Shown: positions 39,591-49,833 of the stretch, one piece after another
Layout: each line of letters starts with the position of its first letter
Numbering within the stretch: position 1 is the first letter of the stretch
Source: an uncultured Fibrobacterota bacterium
GTDB taxonomy: Bacteria > Fibrobacterota > Chitinivibrionia > Chitinivibrionales > CAYFVL01
Assembly: GCA_964586285.1 (NCBI GenBank)
Contig: CAZPHU010000009.1
Span: 1-62,095 of the forward strand
Direction of reading: 5' to 3'
Length of the DNA: 62,095 nucleotides
Made by a program: the position numbers and the translations under genes
Notes under the pieces: model-generated
Told to the model about the DNA's origin: nothing
Databases searched by the model: none
The model's input: only the letters and a program-made list of their open reading frames with translations

Positions 39591-40325
39591 TCAGGCGGTC
39601 ATCCCGCCGTCTATTGTAAATACCTGACCGGTGATGTATCCTGCTTTTTCGGAGAGTAGAAACGTCACCAACTCTGCTACCTCATCCGCCTTGCCCAGAC
39701 GTTGCATGGGTATCATCTTTTTCATCTCTTCCAAATGCTTTGCATTTATCTTATCGGTCATATCCGTTTCTATGAACCCTGGAGCTACGCAGTTGACCGG
39801 AATGCCCAGCTTAGCGGTCTCTTTTGCCAGGGCACGAGTAAAGCCGATGATGCCTGCCTTGGAGGCACAGTAATTTGTCTGTCCGGCAAGCCCAATCAAA
39901 CCGCTTACAGAGGTTACATTGACAATACTTCCCTTTTTATTCTTCATCAGCTGTACAATCAAGGCGCGAGTGACATTGAAATAACCGTTGAGGTTCGTAT
40001 TCAGTACACTGTCCCAATCCTCACGGCTCATCAGAAAAAGCATCTTATCACGCGTGATTCCCGCGTTATTCACAAGCCCGTCCACATCCTGAAGAAAATC
40101 CTTGCACCGATCAACGAAATCCGAGGCCTGCTTAGGATCGGATAAGTCCGCTTCAAATGCCATGAGTTTTTCTCCAGTCGGATCAAGAGACTGAATCATC
40201 TCCTCGGCAAGAGCCTTATTCGAACGATAATTGAATGCGACTTTACATCCCTGGTTCACCAGCTTGGTCACAATTGCTTTCCCTATTCCGCGTGATCCGC
40301 CGGTAACGATAACATTTTTGGCCAT
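39591..40325 (-). CDS. fabG: 3-oxoacyl-ACP reductase
   Basis: [32 protein letters not shown]. Confidence 0.92.
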   Translation of the reverse strand: MAKNVIVTGGSRGIGKAIVTKLVNQGCKVAFNYRSNKALAEEMIQSLDPTGEKLMAFEADLSDPKQASDFVDRCKDFLQDVDGLVNNAGITRDKMLFLMSREDWDSVLNTNLNGYFNVTRALIVQLMKNKKGSIVNVTSVSGLIGLAGQTNYCASKAGIIGFTRALAKETAKLGIPVNCVAPGFIETDMTDKINAKHLEEMKKMIPMQRLGKADEVAELVTFLLSEKAGYITGQVFTIDGGMTA

Positions 40326-40368
40326 GATTAATGGTCCTTCCGCAAATATTTCAATTTAACTGCTGCTG

Positions 40369-40788
40369 TCAATTGTCGTTTTCAGGTGCGAGCTTGGTTT
40401 CTTGTTTAGGGCTTATACCCTCACACCGACTCATTTTCAGCCAATGGTGCGGGTGGTTGACCGAATCACCATTCAGGGTGAAATAAAGAATGCGGGCGCG
40501 AATCAGCGAGTCGCTGCGCCATTTGTAGTGATAACCCATTTCCATGGTTAGATCTTCACTTTCAATGGATGCTACCAAAACGGTATCCTTAACCGAGTAT
40601 GTACCGTTGCCTGATACGCTTTCGTCCCTCAAACTGGCGATCGATAGTGAATCCTCATTCTGAAACGTTATTACTAATCCCTCATCACTTACGCACCATG
40701 TACCTTCAAACTTCTGTTGGGATGAAAGTGGCAACACCACTGATAAAACGACTGCCGCGATGCCCGCTGAAAATGAACTTAGCTTCAT
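40369..40788 (-). CDS. Small exported hypothetical protein, lipocalin-like beta fold
   Basis: ATG 40788 after AAGGAG; signal peptide, then FEGTW (GxW) and alternating beta-strand pattern. Confidence 0.6.
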   Translation of the reverse strand: MKLSSFSAGIAAVVLSVVLPLSSQQKFEGTWCVSDEGLVITFQNEDSLSIASLRDESVSGNGTYSVKDTVLVASIESEDLTMEMGYHYKWRSDSLIRARILYFTLNGDSVNHPHHWLKMSRCEGISPKQETKLAPENDN

Positions 40789-40801
40789 AATTCTCTCCTT
40801 T

Positions 40802-43087
40802 TTAACTACTTTTCTCTGTATGTCTGCTCCCGAACATTCGGAACAAAATGGGTAAAAACAGCAATGAAAATGTTGAACTTGTGACCATCGATACAAAAAC
40901 AAACAATCCGAAATGGCGTATCGGCGGGAAACTGGAAAACGCCAGAACGAGAAAACCGATCCCTACAACAAAAGTGTTGAACATTATGACCGCCCCTTTT
41001 GTCTTGGAGGTTGTCATAAGAGCTTCAAAAGCATTGACGTGAGAATCACGTACATACATATATCCCGCCACAAAATGGATCGCATAATCGATACCGATAC
41101 CGATGCAGGTATTAACAATTATTACGGTAACCGCATTAATGGCGACACCAAAAAATCCCATAAGGGAATATACGAAAAGAGTCGAAAGCAGAATCGGTAT
41201 GATTGCAAAAGCTCCCGTTCGTACCGATTTAAACAGAAGGCATAAAACCACAAACACCGAAATGAAGGCAATTAGTAATGAGGAAACCTGTGTATCTATG
41301 AGCACATAGGTCATCGCATCGTTCAGGACCGGAGGCCCGGCGACAAGAACCTCGAATGAAGGGTATTTTTCAGAAAGTGTTTCTTTTAAAGACTTTGAAA
41401 GTTCGAGGAATCGGGTACCGGTGACATTTTTGCAGATGAGCATGATTCTGGTTGTCGTTCTGTCTTCTGTAATCCAGTGGCTTATATAATTGTTGAAACG
41501 TTTTCCCAGAAGCCCCTTGCCTCCAAGAATCATCGAAACCGCAGCATCGGAGATCGGCTTATCAGTCAGCATCATGCTTACTTTTCTTATGAGGGGGAGC
41601 ATGGATGTTGTGGCACCTACCATATCGAGGCTTTTTGCGTAGTTTGATATTTCTTCGACCGTTCGCCATTGATCTGCTGAAGTTAGCGTCGTGTCCCTGT
41701 TTTGGAGCACAACTGTCAAAAATCTGGTTCCTCCGAGGTGATCGCTGATAATCTCGTCGGATCTGCGTATCTGATTTTTAGCAGAAAACATGGCAATCGG
41801 ATTGCCTTCAACGCGGACACGTATGTAACCTATTGTCCCTACGGCGATTATAACTCCCACAGCAATAAGCCACGCATAATCGTTGCGAACAAACGATCCG
41901 TAGTGATTCCAGAAATCAGAGCCGTTTTTCCCATGTGCTTTGGGAGGAATCGGGGATTCGGTACGCTTGTGGCGGGTGTAGGAAAGGGCAATGGGCAGCA
42001 GGATTATACTCAAAAGAAGGGCCAGGACGACCCCAATACTGGTAAATATACCGAAATTTCTGGTCCAGGGTACATCGGAGAATGCAAAAGAAAAGAAACC
42101 GACGAAAGTCGTTATCGCAGACAGGAAAATAGGCTTCATCAGCTCCGAAAAGGTTTTGACGATTATGTCCGTACCGCTGATATTACCCGACTCTGTGCTG
42201 TAGCGTCCGTATGTTTTAAATACATGAATCGCGCTTGCGACACCGATAGGAAACAAAATCACCGGTATCATGGAGGTGACCACCGAAAATTCGAATCCGA
42301 AAATCGACATAAGACCAAAAGTCCATATTATGGCGGTAAAAATTATAAGAAGGGATATGAGGGCATAATACAATCTTTTGAAAACCAGGTATAAAAGAAT
42401 GAAAACAACGACAATACACAAGGGGAGCAACACGGAGAAGTCCCGACGCATCGCGGTGTCGATTGAATAGGCGTACAGGGGAGCACCGGTAATATACAGG
42501 CTTGAGCCTTCAAGAGAATCCAACCGGGCGTGAACGCGAGTGACCTGGGAGACAATGTCAACCTGATTTTTATCCTCCGGCACATCCATCATCATACCCA
42601 GAACAGATTCGTCCTGAGATATCAGTGCGTTAGTGAATTCGACATTTTCTTTTATTCGCTCCCGGATCTGCTCCTCTGTAAGCTCTTTCTTGCGCGAAAC
42701 GATATAATCGCTGCTTAAGCCAAACAGTCCCCCGGAGACTGGAACCTGTATTGTTCCCAGATGAACAATGTTATCAATGCCGTCTATAGCCGCAAATTCT
42801 TGTCCCCAGCTTTGCATCGAATCGATTTTGGCTTTAAGGCTCAAAGTGTCGAATTTGGCGATAAGAAGAATAGAGCGCGGGGAAGAGAAGGTTTTCTGAA
42901 GGTTTTCGTAATCTATTTTTTCCGGGAGATCCGCCGGAATCGTTTTGGTCGGATCGTTGTTTACTTCCAGACGAGGAAGAAACCATATCATAAACACGGT
43001 AATTACCGCGGTTATGCCAATTACTACGGTTCGGAAACGAATAAGTGTATGAACAATTGAACTGGTTAAGTTGGATTTCATGAGCAT
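40802..43087 (-). CDS. MMPL/RND-family lipid exporter
   Basis: Two (1 TM + large loop + 5 TM) repeats; ITGAP, GIGIDYAIHF, FPPIRHFG. Confidence 0.88.
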   Translation of the reverse strand: MLMKSNLTSSIVHTLIRFRTVVIGITAVITVFMIWFLPRLEVNNDPTKTIPADLPEKIDYENLQKTFSSPRSILLIAKFDTLSLKAKIDSMQSWGQEFAAIDGIDNIVHLGTIQVPVSGGLFGLSSDYIVSRKKELTEEQIRERIKENVEFTNALISQDESVLGMMMDVPEDKNQVDIVSQVTRVHARLDSLEGSSLYITGAPLYAYSIDTAMRRDFSVLLPLCIVVVFILLYLVFKRLYYALISLLIIFTAIIWTFGLMSIFGFEFSVVTSMIPVILFPIGVASAIHVFKTYGRYSTESGNISGTDIIVKTFSELMKPIFLSAITTFVGFFSFAFSDVPWTRNFGIFTSIGVVLALLLSIILLPIALSYTRHKRTESPIPPKAHGKNGSDFWNHYGSFVRNDYAWLIAVGVIIAVGTIGYIRVRVEGNPIAMFSAKNQIRRSDEIISDHLGGTRFLTVVLQNRDTTLTSADQWRTVEEISNYAKSLDMVGATTSMLPLIRKVSMMLTDKPISDAAVSMILGGKGLLGKRFNNYISHWITEDRTTTRIMLICKNVTGTRFLELSKSLKETLSEKYPSFEVLVAGPPVLNDAMTYVLIDTQVSSLLIAFISVFVVLCLLFKSVRTGAFAIIPILLSTLFVYSLMGFFGVAINAVTVIIVNTCIGIGIDYAIHFVAGYMYVRDSHVNAFEALMTTSKTKGAVIMFNTFVVGIGFLVLAFSSFPPIRHFGLFVFVSMVTSSTFSLLFLPILFRMFGSRHTEKSS

Positions 43088-43421
43088 TTTATCGGGAGAA
43101 TTTCAGACTCCGGGAAAAAAGGTTGAATCATACAGTTATCTGAGGATAAAATATCCGCGGGGTCGCGTCGATGGGCAATCGCACGTCTAAATATACAAAA
43201 GCCGATGACTAAAATCATAACGTATATATATCTTTTATGGTGCAAAACGGATTTTATCAAAATATACTCAACAGTGTTTTGAAATTTTGGGGGTAAGGAG
43301 TGTATTTTTAATTTTAAATTTTTCTTCACCCTCTGTACCCCTATCTGTTATTTAAACGAAAATAATCAGGTAGACAATTGTGAAACGCCGATAATAGACG
43401 GCATTTCAGTAAGTTCTTCTT

Positions 43422-43901
43422 ATGCTTGTACCCGTAGAAATCGCCTCTTTTGCCGTAGATCCGACAAGGAATGTGCCTTTGATTATACTCAAAGAGATAA
43501 ACGGCAATAGAACGCTACCAATACCTGTAGGTAATACCGAAGCTTCGACGATAGCTTTGGGATCTTTGAATACTGCATCTGAGCGCCCCCTTGCAATCGA
43601 TCTGGCGAAGAATCTGTTGGAAAGTCTTGGGGGAAAGCTGCAAAGGGCCGTTATTACCGATTATGAAGATCAGACCTTTTTTGCAAACCTGTATATCATC
43701 ACCGCAAACAGTATTCAAATCGTTGATTGTCGTCCCTGTGACGCAATCTCCCTGGCCCTGCGTTGCAACACACGGATGTTCGTTAATGAAGGGGTTTTTG
43801 AAAAAACGCGACCGGATTATATCTCTTCTTCAAAAGATCGATTGAAGAAGATGATAACCGAACGTGATACACTCAATTTTGGCAGTCATTTTTTGGAGTA
43901 A
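43422..43901 (+). CDS. Bifunctional nuclease family (DUF151) protein
   Basis: LPIPVGNTEA, RPLAIDL, TFFANL, DCRPCDAISLAL. Confidence 0.85.
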   Translation: MLVPVEIASFAVDPTRNVPLIILKEINGNRTLPIPVGNTEASTIALGSLNTASERPLAIDLAKNLLESLGGKLQRAVITDYEDQTFFANLYIITANSIQIVDCRPCDAISLALRCNTRMFVNEGVFEKTRPDYISSSKDRLKKMITERDTLNFGSHFLE

Positions 43902-43904
43902 GAT

Positions 43905-45713
43905 ATGCAATTTTTCTCAACGATCTGTTTAAGTGTGCTTTTAGGAACATCTCTTCTTTTCTCACAGCAGTATGATGATCCTCAAAAGCTGCTGCAAGCC
44001 GCACGAGCCTTCTATCAGAAGGGAGAGTTCGATTCGACCATATCGGTAATCAGAAACTACCTTAAGGATAAGGGCAAGGATGAGTCTACCGAATATATAG
44101 TCCCGCTACTTATGGAAGCGCTTGTTCGCAGAGGTGATCAGGTGTACTTTGACCGTCTGTTTCGAGTTTATAAAGACCGTTTTCCAAATTCATCCTATAT
44201 GGGACGTCTTTTGTATCTTCGCGGTGTTCAGCTTGCCAGGGATCAAAAACACCGTGAGGCTGTCGTAGCTTTTTCCGAGGCCTGTAAAAAGGGTGTTACA
44301 CCCACTTTGAATAAACTGGTTGTCGAAAATGTTACCCTTATATGCCAAAAAGTGCTTACACTTGACGACCTGAGTCGACTCACAGCGCGGGACCTTCACG
44401 TAACTGTAGCCGAAATAATCGCTTATCAGGAATTTAGCCGCTTATATAACCAAAACCAGGCATTCAGAGCAAAGCGAAAAGCGGAAGATTTTCTGCAAAA
44501 GTATCCCGATTCCAGATACAGATCCGAAGCCCGAAATATCATAAACCGCAGTCGTACTGCCGACAGAAGTCAGGTGGCTGTTGGTCTTATGGCTCCGATT
44601 AGTGGGTATGATGCCGATATCGGCAAACTGGTTGTGAGGGGTGTACAGCTGGCGGTCGAGCAGTTTAACAGCCGCGGTGGATTGCAGGTAAAGCTGGTAA
44701 TAAGTGACACGCGCGGAGATATGATTGAGACGGTACGCAAGACAAAAGAATTGGTGGACGGATTTAAAGTACCGGTGATAATCGGCCCCATACTCAGCTC
44801 CAACGCGGTTGTGACCGCCTCAATGGTCATGGATAAAAACGTGGTGATGGTTACCCCGACTGCAACCGATGAGGGGATTGCGCGGTTGGGCCCGACTCTC
44901 TTTCAAGTGAATGTTACTCTTGGTATGCTTGGAAGGCGTATCGCCCAGTATGCGATGGAAAACGTTAACATAAAAGAATTTGCGGTTATATCCCCGCGCT
45001 CCGAGTATGGACGAGTACTCTCATCGGCCTTCATTGAGGAAGTCAAAAAACACGGAGGTGAGATTGTTGCCGAAGAGTCTTTTGAAGAGGGTACCACCGA
45101 TTTTCGTCTGCAGTTTGAAAGTATTCGTTCCAATCTGCTTGCTCGTCGACGCGAGCAGATGGCCGTCGATCAGGGAATCAGCATAGAGCAGGCACATGAG
45201 ACTGCCTACGAAGACAGTATACACTATCTGGATTCCACACTTTCGGTTGGGGGGATTTTTATCCCCGCGGAATCTGAAGATGTTGTAATGATTGCACCGC
45301 AGGTGGCTTTTAATCGGATTCAAACCCAGTTGTTCGGATCAAACGGCTGGCATACTTCCAAAACCATTCTCGACGGGAGAAAGTACGTAAACGACGCCTT
45401 TATTTCCACAAGCTTTGAAATCAACGAAAACGATCCGCGATGGAGCGAATTTGTAAAATTGTACAAGGCTCGATACGGTTCGAAGCCTGACAAGGTTGTT
45501 GCGCCTTTGAGCTACGACGCGGCAAAGATGGTTTTGGAAACCGTCGGGGAGACAGGTGACTTGGAAGATGGAAAAGAAATAGCTCGCCGACTGCTTGATA
45601 TACAGAATTACAAAAGTGTTTCCGGCACCATATCTTTCAAGGGAACCGACGGCTCTAACAAAGAGACCGCCATCATGAAAATTAAGAACAGGAAATTCAT
45701 ACGAGTTCAGTAG
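43905..45713 (+). CDS. Exported TPR plus type I periplasmic-binding-fold protein (LpoA-like)
   Basis: Signal peptide, TPR N-half, VGLMAPISG...IIGPILS...TPTAT, SEYG, YDA C-half. Confidence 0.75.
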   Translation: MQFFSTICLSVLLGTSLLFSQQYDDPQKLLQAARAFYQKGEFDSTISVIRNYLKDKGKDESTEYIVPLLMEALVRRGDQVYFDRLFRVYKDRFPNSSYMGRLLYLRGVQLARDQKHREAVVAFSEACKKGVTPTLNKLVVENVTLICQKVLTLDDLSRLTARDLHVTVAEIIAYQEFSRLYNQNQAFRAKRKAEDFLQKYPDSRYRSEARNIINRSRTADRSQVAVGLMAPISGYDADIGKLVVRGVQLAVEQFNSRGGLQVKLVISDTRGDMIETVRKTKELVDGFKVPVIIGPILSSNAVVTASMVMDKNVVMVTPTATDEGIARLGPTLFQVNVTLGMLGRRIAQYAMENVNIKEFAVISPRSEYGRVLSSAFIEEVKKHGGEIVAEESFEEGTTDFRLQFESIRSNLLARRREQMAVDQGISIEQAHETAYEDSIHYLDSTLSVGGIFIPAESEDVVMIAPQVAFNRIQTQLFGSNGWHTSKTILDGRKYVNDAFISTSFEINENDPRWSEFVKLYKARYGSKPDKVVAPLSYDAAKMVLETVGETGDLEDGKEIARRLLDIQNYKSVSGTISFKGTDGSNKETAIMKIKNRKFIRVQ

Positions 45714-45806
45714 TCTCGGTGAATCTTTATGAATGTATCACTCTGATGTTTGCCCCAAAAAAGCTTCTACCGGACTTTTTGGGTACAGCGGAAACAGAAT
45801 CGGTCG

Positions 45807-46661
45807 ATGCGGAATATAATCTATTTTCTGAAAGAGGCTTTGCGTGGCTTTTACCATGCCAAGCTTATGACGTTTGTGTCCATAGCAACGATAGGAATCA
45901 CGTTGTTTTTTTTGGGCATGGTTATCGTCGTCTTTTTAAATGTGAGTAGATTCGTTGAGAATGCCGCTAATGAAGCCACGGTTGTCATTTATTTGACCGA
46001 CAAAGTCGGTGAAGATTCCCTTGCCTGCGCAAAGCTGGCAGGCAAGGTAAAGGATTATCCGCAGGTTGCAGGAGCTGTACTCATAAATAAAGATCAGGCC
46101 TGGAAAAGATTCGAGGCGCTATACGGTAAAGATATGCTTCAGGCGGTGGACAGAAATCCGCTGCCTGCTTCTATTGAACTCACCATATCTCCCGACTACC
46201 GTTCCCCTCAGGCGCTTGCCGATTTTAAAAAAGAACTCGGCAACATTTCCGGTATCGAAACCATACAGTATTCTCAAGAGTATGCATCAAGGATAAACCG
46301 CGTATCGTCGATGTTTTCCTGGGGCTCGATCATACTTGGAGCGGTTCTGATCTTTGCCCTGCATTTTATGATTGCAAATACTATAAAACTCACCATCTAC
46401 GCCCGTAAGGATCTGGTAACAAACATGCATTTTGTTGGTGCTACCGACAGCTATATAAAAATGCCTTTTGTGTTTGAAGGTATGCTGCAGGGGGTAGTCG
46501 GTGGGCTGTTGGGAATCGGAGCTTTTGGAGCGCTTCGGTTGGTTTTATCTCAGCATTCTATTCAGTGGGGTGGATGGCATATTCCGGCAATAATCTTCAG
46601 CGTAGGGGTACTTTTCGGTTGTTTGGGAAGCATGAGTGCGGTTCGAAAATTCCTTTCCTGA
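45807..46661 (+). CDS. ftsX: Cell division permease-like protein FtsX
   Basis: YFLKEALRG, NPLPAS, IANTIKLTIYARK, VGATDSYIKMPFVFEG; likely ATG 45807. Confidence 0.9.
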   Translation: MRNIIYFLKEALRGFYHAKLMTFVSIATIGITLFFLGMVIVVFLNVSRFVENAANEATVVIYLTDKVGEDSLACAKLAGKVKDYPQVAGAVLINKDQAWKRFEALYGKDMLQAVDRNPLPASIELTISPDYRSPQALADFKKELGNISGIETIQYSQEYASRINRVSSMFSWGSIILGAVLIFALHFMIANTIKLTIYARKDLVTNMHFVGATDSYIKMPFVFEGMLQGVVGGLLGIGAFGALRLVLSQHSIQWGGWHIPAIIFSVGVLFGCLGSMSAVRKFLS

Positions 46662-47836
46662 TCACTTCGCTGCTTTTACTGGTATCGGTTGTTTACGGCC
46701 AGCAAAAACAGCGTCAGCTCATTACCGAGTATGAGAATAAGATCCGGAAAAACAGTGCTATGCTGGACTCTATCAAGCAGGAGCTTGAACAGGGGCGTCG
46801 TCAGCTGGATGATCTGCGCCAAAAGGAGGGTAATTTTCTTCAGCAGTTAGAGCAGCTTGAAAAGAATTTGGCGACCGCAAGCGTTTTTATTGAAGAACTC
46901 GACAACAACATTGATACGGCAAACATCCGCATAGGCTACCTCAACGACTCTCTTGCAGGCGCGGTTAGACAACTGGATGCGCGCCGCGGGGCAATGGAAA
47001 AACGTCTTCGCAGTATCTACAAGGCCGGCGAAATAAGTATCTTTGAAATAGTTTTGACATCTTCTACTATCGGTGATATGATTCGGCGGATTCGCTATTT
47101 TCAGGAACTCAACCGCTATGACCGCGAACTTTTGGCGTCCATAGACAGCTCCCGGGCAAAAATCGTTCGCCATACCGATGAGCTTGAAAACAAGCGAGAG
47201 CAGTTAATTGCTTTAAGGACTCTTAAGGAGCAGGAGCAGGAAGAGCTTAAGGAGACCCGTCGGGTCAGACAAGACATGCTTGAGAAGATATGGGACGAAA
47301 AAAGTGCTTACCTGGCCATGATCGAAGAGCTTGAATCGGCTCAGAAAGAGCTTGACATGCTGCTCAAGGCACTGGCACAAAAAAAAGAAAAGGCAAAGGT
47401 CGAGCTTGAGCGGGGGCGTAAGATCGCTTTCAAATCCCGCAAGGGTAAACTTCCCTGGCCGGTTGCAGGGCCGGTTATCAAAAAATTCGGCAGGATTATT
47501 CATCCCGAATACAAGACGGTAACCATGAGCATCGGTATCGATATCGGTGCCAAACAAGGCGAAGAGGTCGTGTGTGTGGCGCCTGGTGTTGTGGAGTATA
47601 TCGGGTCTATGCGAGGTTATGGAAAGTTTGTAATAGCCAATCACTACGATGAGTATCTGACTATTTACGCACATTTGGATCAGATAAGAGTGAGGGCGGA
47701 TCAGACTCTTGAATATGGAGCCGTTATAGGTACCGTCGGAAGTACCGGTTCCATTGACGGGGCCAAACTTCACTTCCAGGTACGAAAATCCACCGAACCG
47801 TTGGATCCGGGGGAATGGTTAGAGGTTCACAATTAG
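46565..47836 (+). CDS. envC: EnvC-like murein hydrolase activator (coiled coil plus M23 domain)
   Basis: Coiled coil, KGKLPWPV, GIDIG, TIYAHL, KLHFQVR; follows ftsX. True start uncertain (possibly TTG 46619). Confidence 0.8.
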   Translation: MGWMAYSGNNLQRRGTFRLFGKHECGSKIPFLITSLLLLVSVVYGQQKQRQLITEYENKIRKNSAMLDSIKQELEQGRRQLDDLRQKEGNFLQQLEQLEKNLATASVFIEELDNNIDTANIRIGYLNDSLAGAVRQLDARRGAMEKRLRSIYKAGEISIFEIVLTSSTIGDMIRRIRYFQELNRYDRELLASIDSSRAKIVRHTDELENKREQLIALRTLKEQEQEELKETRRVRQDMLEKIWDEKSAYLAMIEELESAQKELDMLLKALAQKKEKAKVELERGRKIAFKSRKGKLPWPVAGPVIKKFGRIIHPEYKTVTMSIGIDIGAKQGEEVVCVAPGVVEYIGSMRGYGKFVIANHYDEYLTIYAHLDQIRVRADQTLEYGAVIGTVGSTGSIDGAKLHFQVRKSTEPLDPGEWLEVHN

Positions 47837-47837
47837 T

Positions 47838-49025
47838 ATGAGACGTATACAGTGGCGTAAATTTATCGGGCACATTAGATTGAAGCAGACTTTGGGAGCG
47901 GCGTTTAATAATAACGCTCTTGGGCATGCTTATCTTTTCAGTGGAGATTTCGGTTCCGGTACATTCGCTGCGGCTCTGGAGCTTGCCGCGGCTTTGTTGT
48001 GCGACGGTGAAGGCGATGTTCCCTGTTATCAGTGCGAATCATGCAGGCAGTTGGAGCATCATGCTCATCCGGATTTTCACATCACCATGCCCGTACCACT
48101 TCAAAAAAAACATAAAGGCTCCGATGGAAAATTGTCCGATGAGGGGTGGAAATACGTGTCAAATTACTGCAGATATCGTATGGAGAATCCATATACGCTC
48201 GCTGATGATTTTCCCGAAAACTTTCCATTCGATAAGTCGGATGAGAAAACAGCCGTTTCGTCCGGAATCCCCGCGATTCCGGTTGAATGGATCCGTGAAA
48301 CAAATCACGCTATTTTACGAGGTGCGGTACGGGGCAAAAGAAATGTCGCGGTTTTTATAGATGTGGATATGATGAAAAAGGAGTCGGCAAACGCAATACT
48401 AAAGACGCTGGAAGAACCGCCTGCCGAAACGGTAATCATATTGATCACCGAGAGAATTCATGCCGTACTTCCTACAATCCTTTCTCGCTGCCAGATCATG
48501 CGTTTCGGGTATTTATCGCCCGAGGATATCAGACGTGGGATAAAAGAGAGATACGCCGATTTGACGGAGGAGAGCATAGACAATGTGGTACGTTGCGCCG
48601 GAGGTTCGCTGAGTGCCGCCCTTGGGCTAATCGAGCGTCCCTTGGACTTGCGACTGAAGGATGCCGGCACACTCTGGGGGTTATGTACAAAAAAGGACAA
48701 ACTTGCATTCGCTTCTGAACTGGACGATTTTATCAGCGAATCGCTTGACGGTGGAAAGGATCATCAGGCGTGTGAGCGTATTTTGACCTACGTTATTTAT
48801 TTAATACGGGACATTTACCTGTCAAAAATTCCCGGGACTCAGAAGTATATTAGAACAAATCCCTCGCATACCGAGGTCGTACCGCAACGGCCGCAAGTAG
48901 TTGAGCGAATGGTATCGGTTTGTCAGGATGCGATTTATTCTGTTCGGTCTCGCGGTAATGTGGCCCTGACTTTAACAAATTTCGCCCTGACAATGATGGA
49001 GATTATCAATGGCCAAGAACAGTAA
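47838..49025 (+). CDS. holB: DNA polymerase III delta-prime subunit
   Basis: HAYLFSG, CYQCESC, HPDF, ANAILKTLEEPP, LPTILSRCQ. Confidence 0.9.
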   Translation: MRRIQWRKFIGHIRLKQTLGAAFNNNALGHAYLFSGDFGSGTFAAALELAAALLCDGEGDVPCYQCESCRQLEHHAHPDFHITMPVPLQKKHKGSDGKLSDEGWKYVSNYCRYRMENPYTLADDFPENFPFDKSDEKTAVSSGIPAIPVEWIRETNHAILRGAVRGKRNVAVFIDVDMMKKESANAILKTLEEPPAETVIILITERIHAVLPTILSRCQIMRFGYLSPEDIRRGIKERYADLTEESIDNVVRCAGGSLSAALGLIERPLDLRLKDAGTLWGLCTKKDKLAFASELDDFISESLDGGKDHQACERILTYVIYLIRDIYLSKIPGTQKYIRTNPSHTEVVPQRPQVVERMVSVCQDAIYSVRSRGNVALTLTNFALTMMEIINGQEQ

Positions 49026-49833
49026 ATTAGTTGAGATAGTATTTAAGGGTGAAAGACGTGCAATTTTTCGCAATCGTAACGAGCTTGAAATAAAAGAGGG
49101 TGATTATGTGCTGGTGGAAGCCGAGCGGGGTCACGATATGGGACAGGTTTTTCTGATGGGAGATTTGGTTCCGCTCAAAAGGGGTAAAGGTGAAACCAGA
49201 AGCATTATCCGAAAAGCCTCCGAGCGAGATCGGGAGACGCATCAGCTCAATCTGAACAAAGAGCGCAACGCATACAAAGTATGTAAAGAGAAGATCGAGT
49301 ACTATCATCTCGACATGAAACTGGTAAGGGTGGAAATGCAGTATGACGGCAGCAAGATCACATTTTATTTTACTGCCTCCCAGAGGGTGGACTTCAGGGA
49401 GCTGGTTCGTGACCTGGCATCGGTTTATCGGACTCGAATCGAGTTACGTCAGATCGGGGTAAGGGACGAAGCCAAAAGGATGGGCGGATACGGCATTTGC
49501 GGCAGAAAGCAATGCTGTTCAGCTTTTCTCAGGGAGTTCGAACAGATAACCACTCAAATGGCTAAAGATCAGCAGCTTTCCCTTAATCCTACCAAAATAT
49601 CAGGTAATTGTGGACGGCTGTTATGCTGTTTAAGATATGAGGAACAGTATTATCAAAGCGTATTCAGCAAGTTCCCCCCTCCGGGATCTACGATACTTAT
49701 AAAAAATAAAAGGGCGATCCTTACCTATATTAATGTGTTCGAAGAGGTGGGGCTTCTTAACTACGAGGACGGATCGCACGAGTGGCTTGCTCCGGAAGAA
49801 ATGAAGAAAGGAAAGATTGAAGATGTCATTTGA
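49009..49833 (+). CDS. ricT: PSP1/RicT (YaaT) family protein
   Basis: RVDFRELVRDL, RIELRQIGVRDEA, CGRKQCC, KISGNCGRLLCCLRYE. Confidence 0.9.
   Translation: MAKNSKLVEIVFKGERRAIFRNRNELEIKEGDYVLVEAERGHDMGQVFLMGDLVPLKRGKGETRSIIRKASERDRETHQLNLNKERNAYKVCKEKIEYYHLDMKLVRVEMQYDGSKITFYFTASQRVDFRELVRDLASVYRTRIELRQIGVRDEAKRMGGYGICGRKQCCSAFLREFEQITTQMAKDQQLSLNPTKISGNCGRLLCCLRYEEQYYQSVFSKFPPPGSTILIKNKRAILTYINVFEEVGLLNYEDGSHEWLAPEEMKKGKIEDVI

Noticed and set aside
36219-40325. Ladderane or aryl polyene cluster in the strict sense
   Set aside because: No radical SAM or methyltransferase genes, and no aromatic starter ligase or glycosyltransferase in the cluster.
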